A DNA stretch of 64,000 nt, from positions 9,922,001 through 9,986,000 of the forward strand of contig NW_024704743.1 in NCBI RefSeq assembly GCF_018977255.1, in the 5' to 3' direction. This document shows positions 13,145-26,165 of the stretch, one piece after another. The DNA comes from Callorhinchus milii. Its lineage: Eukaryota. The notes beneath the pieces are model-generated. The model had not been told where the DNA came from. It made no database searches and was given only the letters and a program-made list of their open reading frames with translations. The translations under genes and the position numbers were made by a program. Position 1 is the first letter of the stretch. The number at the start of each line of letters is the position of its first letter.

Positions 13145-13590
13145 ATAGAACCATAGAAGTATATTGCACAGAAATGTCAGTGCTGGCTCGCTCGATTCTT
13201 TCAGTCTCACCTGCCCTTTCTCCCACCCCAACCCCTGTAGCTGACTCTTTATGGTATCTGTCTAGTTCCCATTTGAAGATCAATATTGATTTTGCCTTAA
13301 TTACTTCTCCCAGCAGGGCATCCATATCCTATCTTGTGATTGAAAAAAATCTCTCCTGGCTTCTCATTTGCTTATTCACTAACCAGCTTAAATTGATATC
13401 CTTTCGTTACTGACTCACCAATCGGCGGAAATAATTTCTTCCATTTGACTCTATCAAAACCCCTTATAATTTTAAAGATCTCTTATCAGGTCACCCTCAA
13501 CCTTCTTTGTTCCAGCAAAAAAAGTCCTAGTTCCTCCAATCTCTGGTCATAGGTCAAACCACTCATCCCCAGTATCAACCTATTATATGA
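13145..13590 (-). mobile_element. CR1 LINE 3' fragment
   Basis: ATAGAACCATAGAA terminus; collinear with 25385-25850. Confidence 0.75.
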
Positions 13591-13764
13591 TCCTATCATC
13601 CCATTGTCTTAAAAGTTTTAAGAATGTGAAGAATTGTGGGAAACTGTTAACTCCAGGTTTACTTTGGAAGACTGAGTTTCTGGAATGCTTGAAAATTTCT
13701 GAAACAAATTTTGGCAATATTCATTGAAAGTCATTTTAACATTTTTTAAAACAAATGAGCCCAT

Positions 13765-14100
13765 GTGATATGCAAAGGGAGCAGGCAGGTTGGTAAGGTG
13801 CTAGCAGGTTGCAGAGGTAGGGAGGGGCAAGACTGGAGGGCTTTAAAAGTGAGGACAAGGATCCTCTGGAGGATGACGACCCAGTGAATACAGGTAATGA
13901 TGGAGGTGATAGGCTTACTGAGTCTGACGCGGGAGAGGACACATGCTGTAGACTTCTGAATAATCTGCAGCTTGCATGGGAAAGAAGTCTGGCGATCAGG
14001 GAGTTAACATCGACAAGCCTGGACGTGATCAAAGCATGGATGAGGGTCTTAGTAACCCAAGGGGAGGGGCAGTGGGGGAAGATGGCCAATGTTGCGGGGG
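13765..14100 (-). mobile_element. L2 LINE ORF2 C-terminal fragment
   Basis: Translates TLIHALITSRLVDVNSLIA (the L2 HAFxxSRLDYCNSLL motif) and APPYLCNLLAPYQP. Confidence 0.75.
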
Positions 14101-15970
14101 TTGGGGGAGGCTGAATGGGTCAGGGAATGGATTTGGATGCAATTTACATTTATATAGCGCGTTTCACATTGGGTGGATGTCTCAACAACAACAACTTGCA
14201 TTTACGTGGTGCCCTTCAGACAGGATAGCATCTGAGAGTGGTCTACAGTGGTGGGGCTGGATGCTGAGCAAGGGAGAAGGAGGGTGTGAGGTGACCATAG
14301 GCCTGGTCAAAGAGGTAAGTCTTAAAGTGGGATTTAAAGATCAATAAGGAGAGATGGAGGGATTGAGCCAGAGAGTTCCAGAGATTATGGATTTAGTTAG
14401 GGGCTGAAGACACGTAAAGTGTTAATGGTTGGGGCAAACATCAACAATGAAGATTTTCAATCCGAATTAAATCTTACCCAAAAGAAGTTTTTTTTGAGAA
14501 ACTGGGAGGATATTTTTTTCCGTAACTTTGATATCTATTCTAGATTTGAAATGTAGGATTCAAACCACATCTTTTCATTCTCTGTTGAAAACAAACATCA
14601 TATTCCAAAAAAACATAGTGGAATCATTCAGGCCTAAAAGGGTAAAAAAAAGCAAAACTTCCAAACATAAATGTGTACTCCAAACAAAACAACAGTTGGT
14701 ATTATTATACAGTAGCTGTGGTTTCTGGAATGTTGAGGTACCACTTTAATGGGGAAGGCACCAGTCGTTTTGAGTAATTGAACTTGATGGATTGCCAATC
14801 AGTACACATGTTATTATATTGCTTATCCCAGTGGCCCTGAAGTGATAGATTAAAAAAAACATAGTTTGATTTTCAGCAGTTCCTTCATGCACATCAGCTG
14901 GGCTGTTATTTTTAGTTGTGTTTTTGTCTATAGGTGTATGTGTGTGAGAGAGGGAGATGAGTGATGGAAAGGAAGATTTTGTTAAAACTGTATTGTGGAA
15001 TGAAGGAAAAGTGGCAGATTCTTGTTTGACCTATCTCAGATGGATCTTTCCAAGTGGGAAACAGACCTTTGGAAGACCAAAGGGACTATTGGTCACTATG
15101 TCCAAACACTGCATAATAAACAAGGTAAACGGACAGCTGGGCTATATTGCCAAACCAGTTAACTTCAGATGCCCTGGAGTCATAGTCAAACTGTACAGTG
15201 CTCTGATTAGGTGAGAGGACCATGTACAGTTTGGATTGCTATGACACATAAGGCTACCCAAGGCCAGGAGATGCAGAGAGCAATGAGGATGATCCACTGT
15301 GTTGAAGGGATGAGCTCCGTGTAATGACAAAATAAGGTAGGGTTCTTCAGTCTTGAATAAAAACACCTGAGAGGGATCTTACAGAGATATATACAATTCT
15401 AAGTTTTTTTTAAGATTGGAGGTTTTAGAGTTCAAAAACCGCATATAAAATTCAATAGCTTTACAACTGCTTACTATAAAAGTATTCTAGGATGTTTAGA
15501 AACAAAATATTCAACCACTACTTGATCCCATTATGGTTAGGTTACATTTGGCAGTGGAAATTGAATTACATAACAGTGAATTACTCAGAGTTTTGATGAT
15601 GGTTGCTTTTAAACCTTTTCTCTGTTTTTAGGCCTAAATTCCAGCCATGGTGGTTGATGATAATAATGCTTACATTTAGTATTTGTTTTCACATTTTCAC
15701 ATCAGGAGAACGTCTCAAAGTGCTTCACAGGATGTACTGTACAATGATGGTGACTGTTTTGTGGGCGAATGTGGCAGCCAATTTGCACAGAGCAATGTTC
15801 CACAAATAGTAATAATAATAATCCATGCATTTGACACATCTTCGAGATGTCTCAAAGTGCTTCACAGAATATACTGTAAAGTGAATTGACTATTTTTGTT
15901 GGCAAAACGCAGCCAATTGCACACAGCAGTTAGCCATTTAGTGAATGACCAATCTTCTTTGGGTGATTGT

Positions 15971-16303
15971 TAATAATAATAATAATAATAATAATCCTTG
16001 CATTTGATATAGCGCTTTTCACGTCGGGAGGACGTCCCAAAACTTCACAGAACACACTGTAAAGTGAATTGACTGTATATTTGTGGGCGAACGCGGCAGC
16101 CAATTGCGCATAGCAATGTCCCACAAACAGTCGTAGATTGAAAATGACCAATTTATTATTGTTTTGGGTTTTGGAGGGATTATTATTAGGCTCTGTGTGT
16201 GGAGTAAGGAAACTTGCCCAAGGTTTCGCCCTCTGCCTGGAATTGAACTCAGGTCTCTCGCTCGCAAAGCGAGTGCTCTAACCACTGAGCTACAGGACTC
16301 CAC
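15971..16303 (-). mobile_element. Young full-length tRNA-Ala-derived SINE
   Basis: Reverse complement of the same family. Preceded by two older tandem tail fragments at about 15660-15950. Confidence 0.9.
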
Positions 16304-16309
16304 GATTGT

Positions 16310-16683
16310 TGACCTTGTTACTGGGAGAAAGTCCCTTCTCTTTTCAAATAGTGCTATGGGATTTTTAGGGTCCACCTGAACAGACAGACACTGTACATTT
16401 TACATTTTACATGGGTAAACTTGCTCTGCAGATCAACCAAATGTAAAGGGAATGCCCAAGGTTCAATGTCCAATCTGTGGTGAGGTAGGAGTTACCATCT
16501 GTGGCAGAAGTTCTGCTGGGCTAGTTGGAGAAAGATCAGCCAGGGTTGACATTCCCAATCGATTTAACTTCTCATCTGAAGGATGGCACTTCCAACAATG
16601 CAGTGCTCTCCCACATTGCTTTGGGGTGTCAGCTTAGATTTTTGACTTTGGTGAGAATGCTACCAACTGAGCCAGGCTGACAC
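16310..16683 (-). mobile_element. Deu-domain SINE interrupted by a 154-bp insertion
   Basis: Antisense Deu core (ATAGTGCTATGGGATTTTTA..GTCCACCTGAACAGACAGAC) resumes after 16561 (TTTAACTTCTCATCTGAAGGATGGCAC). Confidence 0.75.
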
Positions 16684-17754
16684 AGGTATGGATGGTATGA
16701 CCACTCCTGATCAGCACCTTCTTCCCACTAAGATCTTGCTACATTTTTGATACTGGAAGAAAGTAACAGTTGGAATTTCATTCTGGCAAGAAATTCAGTT
16801 CAAATCAGTTTTACTCCAGTATCCAATTTTCACCACCAACAACTACAAGATTCTCCCATCTAAATGAAAAAATTGTCTTTGTGATAAAGTTACAGAAGTA
16901 AAAATAATTCTCGCATTTGAGGCAAGTAAAGGCAGATACGGTTAATGTGCTTTCCATCTTCGCAACATACAAGAAGCAAGCAACAGCTATTCAAGTGACT
17001 CATTCCAAACAGGTGCTTCCAATTTGACTGACAAAGACCAACACAATTCAACTGTCAATCACACAAAGGGAATCTGCCAACTGCTATCAACTAGAAAATA
17101 AATCAGAATATTTAAAGCCACTTGGACAGTGGAGTGCAATGGTTCAGAGTCTGGAAAGACAACCAAAGTGTGAAACTCATTACTAATGTGGAGTCCTGTA
17201 GCATATTAGTTGTTAGACCACTTGTCTCCGAAGCGAGAGAATTTGGGGTTGAACTGGGGTTGAACTCCACCACTGTGGCGTTTCCCTTTAAAAAATTGTT
17301 TTTTTAAAAATGTGGTCACTCAATCCACGACTGTCTGGGACACTACTGTGTGCAATTGGCTAACAACAGGGTTCCTACCTACTTTCACCTACAAAATGTA
17401 CAGTTGATTCACTTTACAGTATATTCTGTGAAGCGCTTTGTGACATCTCAAAGATGTAATAAGGTACTATATTAAATGCAAGGATTATTTTCATTGTTAT
17501 TACTAATGGTTCAGAGTCTGGAAAGGCAACCAGAATGAAACTCGTTGCTAATAATTCAGTCTGCAACATTATTGGGTGGAAATTCCACCTTGGTCTATAA
17601 ATATAACATTTCAGAATGTGCAGCATTTGGCAAATTGTTGAATTCAGTTTTAACTTTGAAGCCATTTTGTGTAGTTCTTAAAAGAACAGAAAAAGGCTTC
17701 AAAACTAAGGCTCTACTTTTTTTTAAAAAATTGGTATACTCTTTTATGTTAGTA

Positions 17755-18146
17755 GCTGCCTGGCTTTGTTGGTAGCACTCTTGTATCTGAGTCAGAAGGT
17801 TGTGGGTTCAAGCCCCACATCAGGACTTTGAGCTCATACAGTCTGGACTGACTGCAGACTGGGGTTGTGCTGCAATGTTAAAGGTGCCATTCTTTGGATG
17901 GGATGTTAAACTGATAGCCCATCTCTAAAGATCCCATGGCACTATTGGAAAAAGAAGGGAATTTCATTTGGTGTCCTAGCTCCAAGTAAGGTCGTTCACT
18001 TTATGGCTGTTTGCAAGACATTGTGCAAATTGCCTGGTTCACCTACAAAACACAGTCACTACAATTTACAATATATCCCATGAAGCTCTTTGAGACGTCC
18101 TCCAATGTGAAAGACAATATATGAAAAGCAAGTATTATTTTTTATT
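17755..18146 (+). mobile_element. Deu-domain SINE (SacSINE1/AmnSINE1-like)
   Basis: tRNA-like head TGGTAGCACTCTTG..GGGTTCAAGCCCCA, then Deu core GGTGCCATTCTTTGGATGGGATGTTAAA..AAGATCCCATGGCACTATT, then the shared 3' body. Similar copies at about 1-330, 42830-43225 and 60190-60445 (+), and 21110-21375 and 41290-41545 (-). Confidence 0.8.
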
Positions 18147-20238
18147 GTAATAAATCTAGATCTGGAATTTTAAATCTGGAGTTTTATCCTTCATGTCATT
18201 TGTACCAAACTCCACAAGTGACCTAAACATATGGAAAGGTGTACCTGCGCTGTATGTGAAGTCTAAAGGGGAGAGATTCCTCTGGTTGCTATTTGAAGTA
18301 ACTTCAATGATGTGCACTTACAATGGGAAACTTCCATTCTCTAAGTTGCTACACCTATTGGCAAGAGCATATTCAACTCCTAAATAACAGAGAGACCAAC
18401 ATACATGGAAGTGGCATTCTAAAGTTAGTTTCTTTAAATGCCTCTCAATCAAAGCCGTAAAACGACAAAGTACATTCAGTAACAACAACTCCCATTCATG
18501 TGGTACACTTCATATGGGGTACCATCTCAGAGCACTGAACAATGGTGTAGTTTGACGTAGAGCCAGGGAGAAAGTGGAAATGACCAATAGGCATGAAGAG
18601 GTCGAAGAGTAAAGTCTTCCAGTCTGATGTGACATTCAGTACAAAGCCCATATATGTACTGATTGAGACTGGCTCCATTGCGATTGTGAAAACAGTATAG
18701 ACAATTGGTTTGTGTGTGCTTGTGTGTTCTTCCATTTATCTGTGTATGTTTATATGTTTGCCTCCTCTCCTCAGCTCAGCTCTTGCCCACTCCCCTGCTC
18801 AGGGTCCCAGACAGTCGAGTAAAGTACTTTGAAACATCCCCCTGATGAGAAAGGTGTTTCTCTGCCTCTCTAATTGTGTGGGTATCTGTTTCTCGCTAAT
18901 CTGAACTTATCTGGTTGGATCTTGTTACTTGCCAAGTTGCTCCCTCCTACCTCTTTGACTTGCTGACTCCCTACCAACCTGCCTGCTTCCTCTGCTGATC
19001 AGACTCCGGCCTGCTCCATGTCTCCCGCCCGACCCACCCTACCATCGGTGGCCGGGCTTTCAGCCTCTCTGCCCCCACACTCTGGAACTCCATCCCACGA
19101 TCCCTTCGCCTCGCTTCCTCCTTTGCATCGTTTTGGGACGTCCTCCCGACGTGAAAGACACTCTATAAATGTAATTTTGTTGTTGTTGTTGCCTCATTTT
19201 CCCGGTTCAGTCTCACACCATTAAAATCATGAGTCTTGATACTTCATTGCACAAGTAAAAAAATTCCCAAATCGCAGCTTGACTTGACGTTGACATTGGA
19301 GTAATTGGAGTAAAAGTGTGGAGAGTCAGGCATGTGGAAAGTCACTGTATGTAATAATAATAATAATTAGGCTGTGCCTGTTGCAGTGTTCTATTGTGTG
19401 AATGCCAATGTCTTGCTTCTGTTTGATTGCTGCCAAATCTGGGACAAATAGGAACAGAAAAGCAAATGTTGAGAACATAAAAAAACCACAGGAAAATCAG
19501 TATCCAAATGAAGACTAAATTTCAGAATTTTCAAAACCTCTGCACAATCTTACATTTTAGGGCAATGGACTCAAAGCCTTGGGAGAGGAGAATAAAGAAT
19601 TAGGGTGTAGGGAAGGGGAAAATGACGTATGTCATCTATTTATAATCTACTGATGAAAGTTAAACCATACAAGATCACAAGATTGGTTTAAATTAAGAGG
19701 AACCTTCGACCTGTCTGATCTCATCCCTTCAGAACCCCCTCCACCCCACCCATCACAGCATCAAGCTGTTTATAAATGAGTTCAGGATCCAGTCCTCAAC
19801 CACCTTTACCAGCAAACTACAGTTGTTAGTTACCCTCTGAGTGAAGAAATACTTCCTGGTGTCTGCTGTGTACTCTGGGACCCTGCGTGAAGGGTGCTGT
19901 ATTGTCAAGCTCTAATGTCACGGTGCATTTGGAAGTATTGTTCTGGTTTACTTTCTCAATCCCATTTAAAATGTTATATAACTCTGTAAGGTCTCATCTG
20001 ACACAACTCTTTTGAAGTCTGAGTCAATGAAATATAAAATAACAGCAATTAAACAATCTTACAACTAGAAATGACCTAATTAGTCTTTGCTAATGAGCTT
20101 GACTCACTTTTCACTGGTTAAATGAAGAAAAATTATGTAATCTGCTGTTCGGGAGTAAGAGTGTCATATTTCAGTGAATAATTAATTATAGAAAAAGATT
20201 AAATAGATTCTTATTCCGAATTACTGATGCTGATTTAA

Positions 20239-20392
20239 TACATGGGTAAACTTGCTCTGCAGATCAACCAAATGTAAAGGGAATGCCCAAGAATCAATGT
20301 CCAATCTGTGGTGAGGTAGGAGTTACCATCTGTGGCAGAAGTTCTGCTGGGCTAGTTGGAGAAAGATCAGCCAGGGTTGACATTCCCAATCG
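20239..20392 (+). repeat. 154-bp direct duplication, partner at 16408-16561
   Basis: Identical except for two adjacent bases (CCCAAGGTTC vs CCCAAGAATC); offset 3831 bp. Confidence 0.95.
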
Positions 20393-22014
20393 CTGTATAA
20401 TGTTCCCTGATGGAAAATGCCCATATTTGCAGATGTCAGGCTAGGAAAGAATTGGTCTTATCTGTTCTTCCCATGCTCTATAGCCTGCCCTCCCTCAATG
20501 GGGTTAATAACATTCTGAAACAGGATAAATTAAGCATAAATGGCTTGAGCTCTGGACAAACCATTTTGAAATGTAAAGTGCATCTTGTGGAGGCAAACCA
20601 TATACATCAAGTCAATGCATGAGAACTCTGCAATGAGTTTGGAGCAGAGTTCCCATGAGTGGGCAGAGCATATATGAGGTTCCCCTCATGAGAGGCATTT
20701 TATGGCCAAGACACTTTTCTGGCACTTCTATCATTTTACATTTTGGTTTTCCTGTTCTGAGGCTTTTCAATCCCACTATCACGAGGAACTACCACATGGG
20801 TAATATAATAATAACAGTCACCTTTGCATTTGGTATTGAGCCTTTCACATTGAGAGGATGTCTCAAAGCAGTTCATAGAATTTACTGTGGAATAACTGTG
20901 TATTTGTAGGCAAATGTGACAGTCCAATTGCACACTGCAACATCCGACAAACAGCTATATTTTATGTAATGATAAAATAATCCTTGCATTTGGTATAGCG
21001 CCTTTCACCTCGGGAGGATGATCCAAGGTGATTCACAGGATTCACAATCGCACACAGTAAAGTTGCACAAACAACCATGAAACAAATGATTTTTTAAATT
21101 TTGTATTTGGCGAATTTGTTAGCCAGGACAACTGGGAAAAACTTCCTTCTCCTTTCCAATAGTGCCTTGGAATCTTTAACGTCCACCTGAACAGGCAGTT
21201 GGGACTTTGGTTTAATCTCTCTTTCTAACAATGGCACCTCTGACAATGAACATCCCCCCACCCCTCCCAGAACCCCAAAAATCATCTTAGATTATGTGAT
21301 TTCAAATCCTGATGTGGGCAGGAAGCCACATTCTTCTGATTTAGAGACAATGGTACTACCAACTGAGCCATCTTGGCACACCCTTATTTGGAGGATTGTT
21401 GGCCAGGACTCCCTTCTCTTTTTGATTAGTAATGAGTGATCAGCATTTGTGGAACCGTGTCCCAGTAAGAGTTAGTGCCCTCAGAGGAAAAGAGGATAAT
21501 TTGAGAGAATTTAAGAAAAAAACTTTCTTGAAAAGATAATAGCAACTTGTACTTATATAGTACGTTTCCATAGGACAACGTATCGAAGGATGAAAGCATC
21601 TTGATTACCTCACATAGTTGGCTCAGTTTAGGTAGACAGTCTAAAATAAAACTGTATGAAGCAAGGGAAAGGGAGGAACTGTGGCACTAAACTAATTATT
21701 GACTAGGGCAGAAAGGAAAGTATTTCTTCACTGTCAGATGGACTAAACTCTTGGATATCCAGTGAGTTTTCTTTTACATTTTAAAATAACTTTGTGTATA
21801 TAACAATATTTAAAATATCTAATCATTTAATCTAGACTAGAATTCGAATATAGTCCATTTATGTCTGAGTAACATTTAAATACATACTCTATTAATGTTC
21901 ATTGTCTTAATTCATCTGCATTCCAAAAAGCTAAGAAATTAAGCAAAAATATTACAGTCTTTGAAAATATGCCTCAGATGATTGTTTGTGCTCAAGAGTT
22001 ATTTAGAACCCCTT

Positions 22015-22250
22015 GGATTGAAATTCCATCTCGTCTAGATTTATTCTATTTTCAAGGCATTTCGGTGCATCCAGAAGTTGGCAAATTCTTAATTACAGTC
22101 TTAGTTTTTAAACTGTTTTTCTGTAAGTTCCTTTAATAATGATAGAATACAGGCATTTTAAAACTGAATTCAACAATTTGCCAGATTCAGACACTTCTGA
22201 AACGGTGTATAAATAGAACAAATCCAGATCCAGGTGAAATTTCCTCCCCA
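22015..22250. mobile_element. Degenerate MITE-like element with long imperfect inverted ends
   Basis: GAAATTCCATCT..CTAGATTTATTCTATTT against AAATAGAACAAATCCAG..GGTGAAATTTC. A related half copy lies at about 17575-17655. Confidence 0.5.
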
Positions 22251-23339
22251 CCTATTTTCTCAATGACAAAGAAAATTCATTAACATTTTTCATCCAAGGC
22301 TGATTCCTTTGAATAAAGTGTCAATGGCTTGCCAGAGGATTAAGATGAAAGGTGGGTGGGTTTGACTGTATCTGTAGCATCCTTGCTTAGGTTTCAGTGG
22401 GTCCCAATGTGATGTGCAGGGTTACCTGTTGCCCCGGTCATGGTCTACTGTTTTATAGCTGCCCTCAGCCTTGTGTGAAAGGACCACCCACTCTCCTTCC
22501 TGATGTGGGACTTGAACGCACAACATTCTGCCTCAGAGGGGAGAGCCCTAACAACTAAACCTGGTTGACACACGTATCTAACCCCATTTCTACTCTGATC
22601 AGCAAGGTTGCTCCCCAGTGATCAATTAAACTCTTTAATGCATTCGCGTTTAGCCTGCATCAATGGGATTAACGCCTTACTGTATACTTGTTCCTCGATC
22701 CGTCTGGTCTAAGAAAAAACTGAACCAACTACCAGGTTGACTTGCATTCTCCGTTAGCAATGATGTTAATAACACGTGGCCAAGCAGTGCAGGTTTTGGT
22801 GGTCCCTGCGCTCTCGGCTCTGGAGGAGGAATCTCTCGCCTCCCCAAGGTTTCTGCAGTGTGAGTGGTGGCGGGGTGGATGGGGCGTGGCTGAGCAGCTT
22901 AATCCTGTGCCTTCTATTGTTTTTTGTTCGTCCTGAAATGGGCTGTCCTAAAATATCTGGGACCTGTCAGGATGCTGGAATGCCTTTGGTTGGTAAGAAT
23001 AGCCCTCGATGTGACGGGGAGAGAGAGGATATGTCTGGGGCTCTTTTGTCTTCACAGTTGGCATAGAGAAGAGTGTGTGAAGGTGAAGGCACCGCTTCTC
23101 GCTCATCTATCAGGTTTGCATTTCCAGCGGCGATCAAACAGAGGACAGCAGTTTGTAGATGGGTCTTATTGTTTTAAGAAAACGGGGAGGGAAAACTTTC
23201 CTGTTTTTTTTTGCAAATTAAATTAAATAAAAATGATGTGACAATTTGTTTACTTACATTTTTTTCCCTTCCTTTTAGCAGCCGAGGTGATCGCTGGAAC
23301 TTCTCTGGAGGGAAAAGTCCACTTGTTTTCTGGGTGACA

Positions 23340-23403
23340 ATGGCTTGGTGGGACAGCCTGGGTTTGGTGACTCTAACTCTGAACTACAACATCACAATAG
23401 TTG
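23340..23403 (+). CDS. GJD4: Gap junction delta-4 (connexin), coding exon 1
   Basis: ATG at 23340, MAWWDSLGLVTLTLNYNITIV(G), then GTGAGT donor at 23404. A 64-nt phase-1 exon that completes the Gly codon of exon 2, the typical delta-connexin split. Resembles the human GJD4 N-terminus. Confidence 0.9.
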
Positions 23404-25384
23404 GTGAGTACAAGGTGCTATTCTATTAAAGTTTTCCATTGGCCTATTTAATAAAGCTTGGGACTTGGGACGTCTTGGGACGTCCTCCCGACATGAAAAG
23501 GTGCTATACAAATGAAATTGTGTATTTTATTGTAAGACTGCATTATAATCTTCAGTCCTTACAATTAAAAGTTCACTTCAGGATTCTTTCCTGATTGTTG
23601 GATGGCTTGTATCATTATTTTTTACTATAGAATAATATAATTTGTGCTAATCTCAGGGTTCTAATTCTGAATAAACCGAATAAACAAGAGTTCAAGGTCA
23701 GGATTGATAAAACACGAGGGTATTGTTGGACTTTTTTTTCTTTGCACCTGTTGCCTACTGATGGAACCTTGAAATAACTTGTTCAGTGCTAAACCCTAAT
23801 TACTATGTGATCATTATTGAAACATTATTTAGTTTTTATTTTGATTAATCCACTAATTTTTAAAATAATTTTTTTTAAATTTTGGACAGTTTTGCCTACA
23901 AAATACACGTTCACTACACTTTACAGCAATTACTTACAAAACATTTTGAGATGTTCTCCTGATATGAAAGGAGCTATGTCAAATGCAAGGATTATTATTG
24001 TATGCAGAGCAACCCCATTACAATTCAGGTTCAATGCCTAAGTGCCCATGTTAAAAGTGAATGGGAAAAATGTCTGACTTCTAGGATGTCAGATCATCAC
24101 TGCCGTGACTTCCTGAACATTGTATTTGGGTGCTACTTGTAAGAAGCAGCTCTGACACATTCTTATAGGAACTAATATCTTGGGATAGATTATATAGTTT
24201 TGGGCAAGACATGTGCATGCAACTGCCAGGATGGTCAAAGGCAAAATGGATGGACCTTGGTCTTCTTTCTTCTAGCAATTCTTATGTTCTTAGGACATCA
24301 CTTTCTTCACAAAGTGACATCAATGGTGTTTCCTGTGTATACGCACATTGTGCAGGAGGTGCTGTAAGTGGCGATCTGACCATCTGTACATCACCTATTT
24401 CTTAGGAAGTTGGCTGGTCAGTGCGCGTAGCTGGGTGCAATGCACTTCAGGTTTGCATGGAAACACAGTGGACCTGCACTCTTAAGTGAACCTTCAGTCA
24501 CCTTGGGCATGTTCTAACAGGGTTGCCTGTAGATGTGTATCCTTTGTATATATTGATAAAAGCTATTGTTGAAAGCTGCTATATATTTACAGATTATTAT
24601 TGTTGTTTTCCCACATTGATGCTGTTTAAATCACGAGAATTGTATCACACTCCATTGTTTTACACCCCACTCCTCTTATGGTAAAACTCAGCATTAGGGG
24701 ATGCAATTATCCTTTCAGGAGTTGAGTGCTGGCCTGTGGAGTCATTAAATGGGCTCCTTCAGAGTAAGGTTATTAAGTGCAAGGACAGGGAGCATAAGGG
24801 ATTGAGGGAGATGCATTATTGTAAAAAAACACTGTAAAAAAAATTTCCGTTAGCGAACCGCAGAACTGTCAGCGAGAGCAAGGAACCCATAAGAAATGTT
24901 TTTACAGTAAAAATCTGGGGTTTGTGTTACAGTTGTTTGGGAAGTGAACAGTTATGTAAAGCTCCAATGTGAGGAAGGGTGGAGGGGTGTGGGGGAGTGG
25001 ATAAAATGCATTTTAAATGTGGAATTTATAACACAGTGATTGGGAATTATTGGGTCTGCAGTAGATACAACCTCCAACCTGACATACACGTCTCAATGAC
25101 CATGAAAGCTGGACCACTGTGCTACCAACTGCACCAGGTTCAGTTGGTAGCACTGTCACAGCTGAATCAGAAGGTTGTGGGCTCACGCTCCACAGACTGT
25201 GAGCTCACAGTCAAGAGATGCATTATTGGAGGTGCTGTCCTTTGGACGAGTTGGGAGGATGTCTCAAAGTGCTCTACAGAATTTACTGTACAGGGTAGTG
25301 ACTGTATATTTTGCAGGTAAACGCGACAGCCAATTTTGTGCACATCAGTATCCCACAAACAGCCACAAAATGAAGGATCAGCTT

Positions 25385-26165
25385 CATAGAATCATAGAAT
25401 ATTACAGCACACAAGGAAGCCATTCGGCCCATCTTGCCTGTACCAGCTGTTTGGAAGAGCTACCCAATCAGTCCCACTCCCCCGCTGTTTCCCCATTTCC
25501 TTGCAAAATTTTCCTTTTCAAGTACCTATCCATTCCCTTTTGAAAGTTATTATTGCATCGGTTTCCACCACCTTTTCAGGCCGTGTATTCCAGACCATAA
25601 CAACTCGCTGTGTAAAAAAAAATAACTCCTCATGTCCCCTCTGGTTCTTTTGCCAATTATCTTGAATCTATATCCCTTGGTTAACTACCCACCTGCCAGT
25701 GGAACGAGTTTCTCCTTGTCTACTCTATCAAAATCCCTCATAATTTTTAATATCTCTATTAAATCTCCCCTTAACCTTCTCTGTTCTAAGGAGAATAATC
25801 CCAGCTTCTCTAGTCTCTCCACATAACTAAAGTCCCTTATCCCTGGTACCATTCTGGCAAATATCTTCTGGACCCTCTCCAGGTCCTTGCCATCCTTCCT
25901 AGAGTGTGGTGCCCAGAATTGGACACAGCTGAGGCCTAACCAGTAATTTATAAAGGTTCAGCAGAACTTCTTTGCCTTTATTCTCTATGCCTCTAATTAT
26001 AAAGCCAAGGATCCCGTATGCTTTGTGAACAACCTATCCTTCCACCTTCAAAGACCTGTGTATGTGAACCCCCAGATCTCTCTGCTTCTGAAGCCCCTGT
26101 ACCATTTAGTGTATATTGCCTTTCCTCACACTTCTCTGCATTAAACTTCATCTGGCATGTGTCTG
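25385..26165 (-). mobile_element. CR1 LINE 3' fragment in the GJD4 intron
   Basis: Begins with CATAGAATCATAGAAT (reverse of the CR1 terminal octamer repeat) and GCCATTCGGCC, followed by typical antisense ORF2 C-terminal sequence. Confidence 0.85.

Noticed and set aside
22938..22992. MGC-starting alternative first coding exon for GJD4
   Set aside because: The phase-1 donor would be out of frame at the 23279 and 23282 acceptors.
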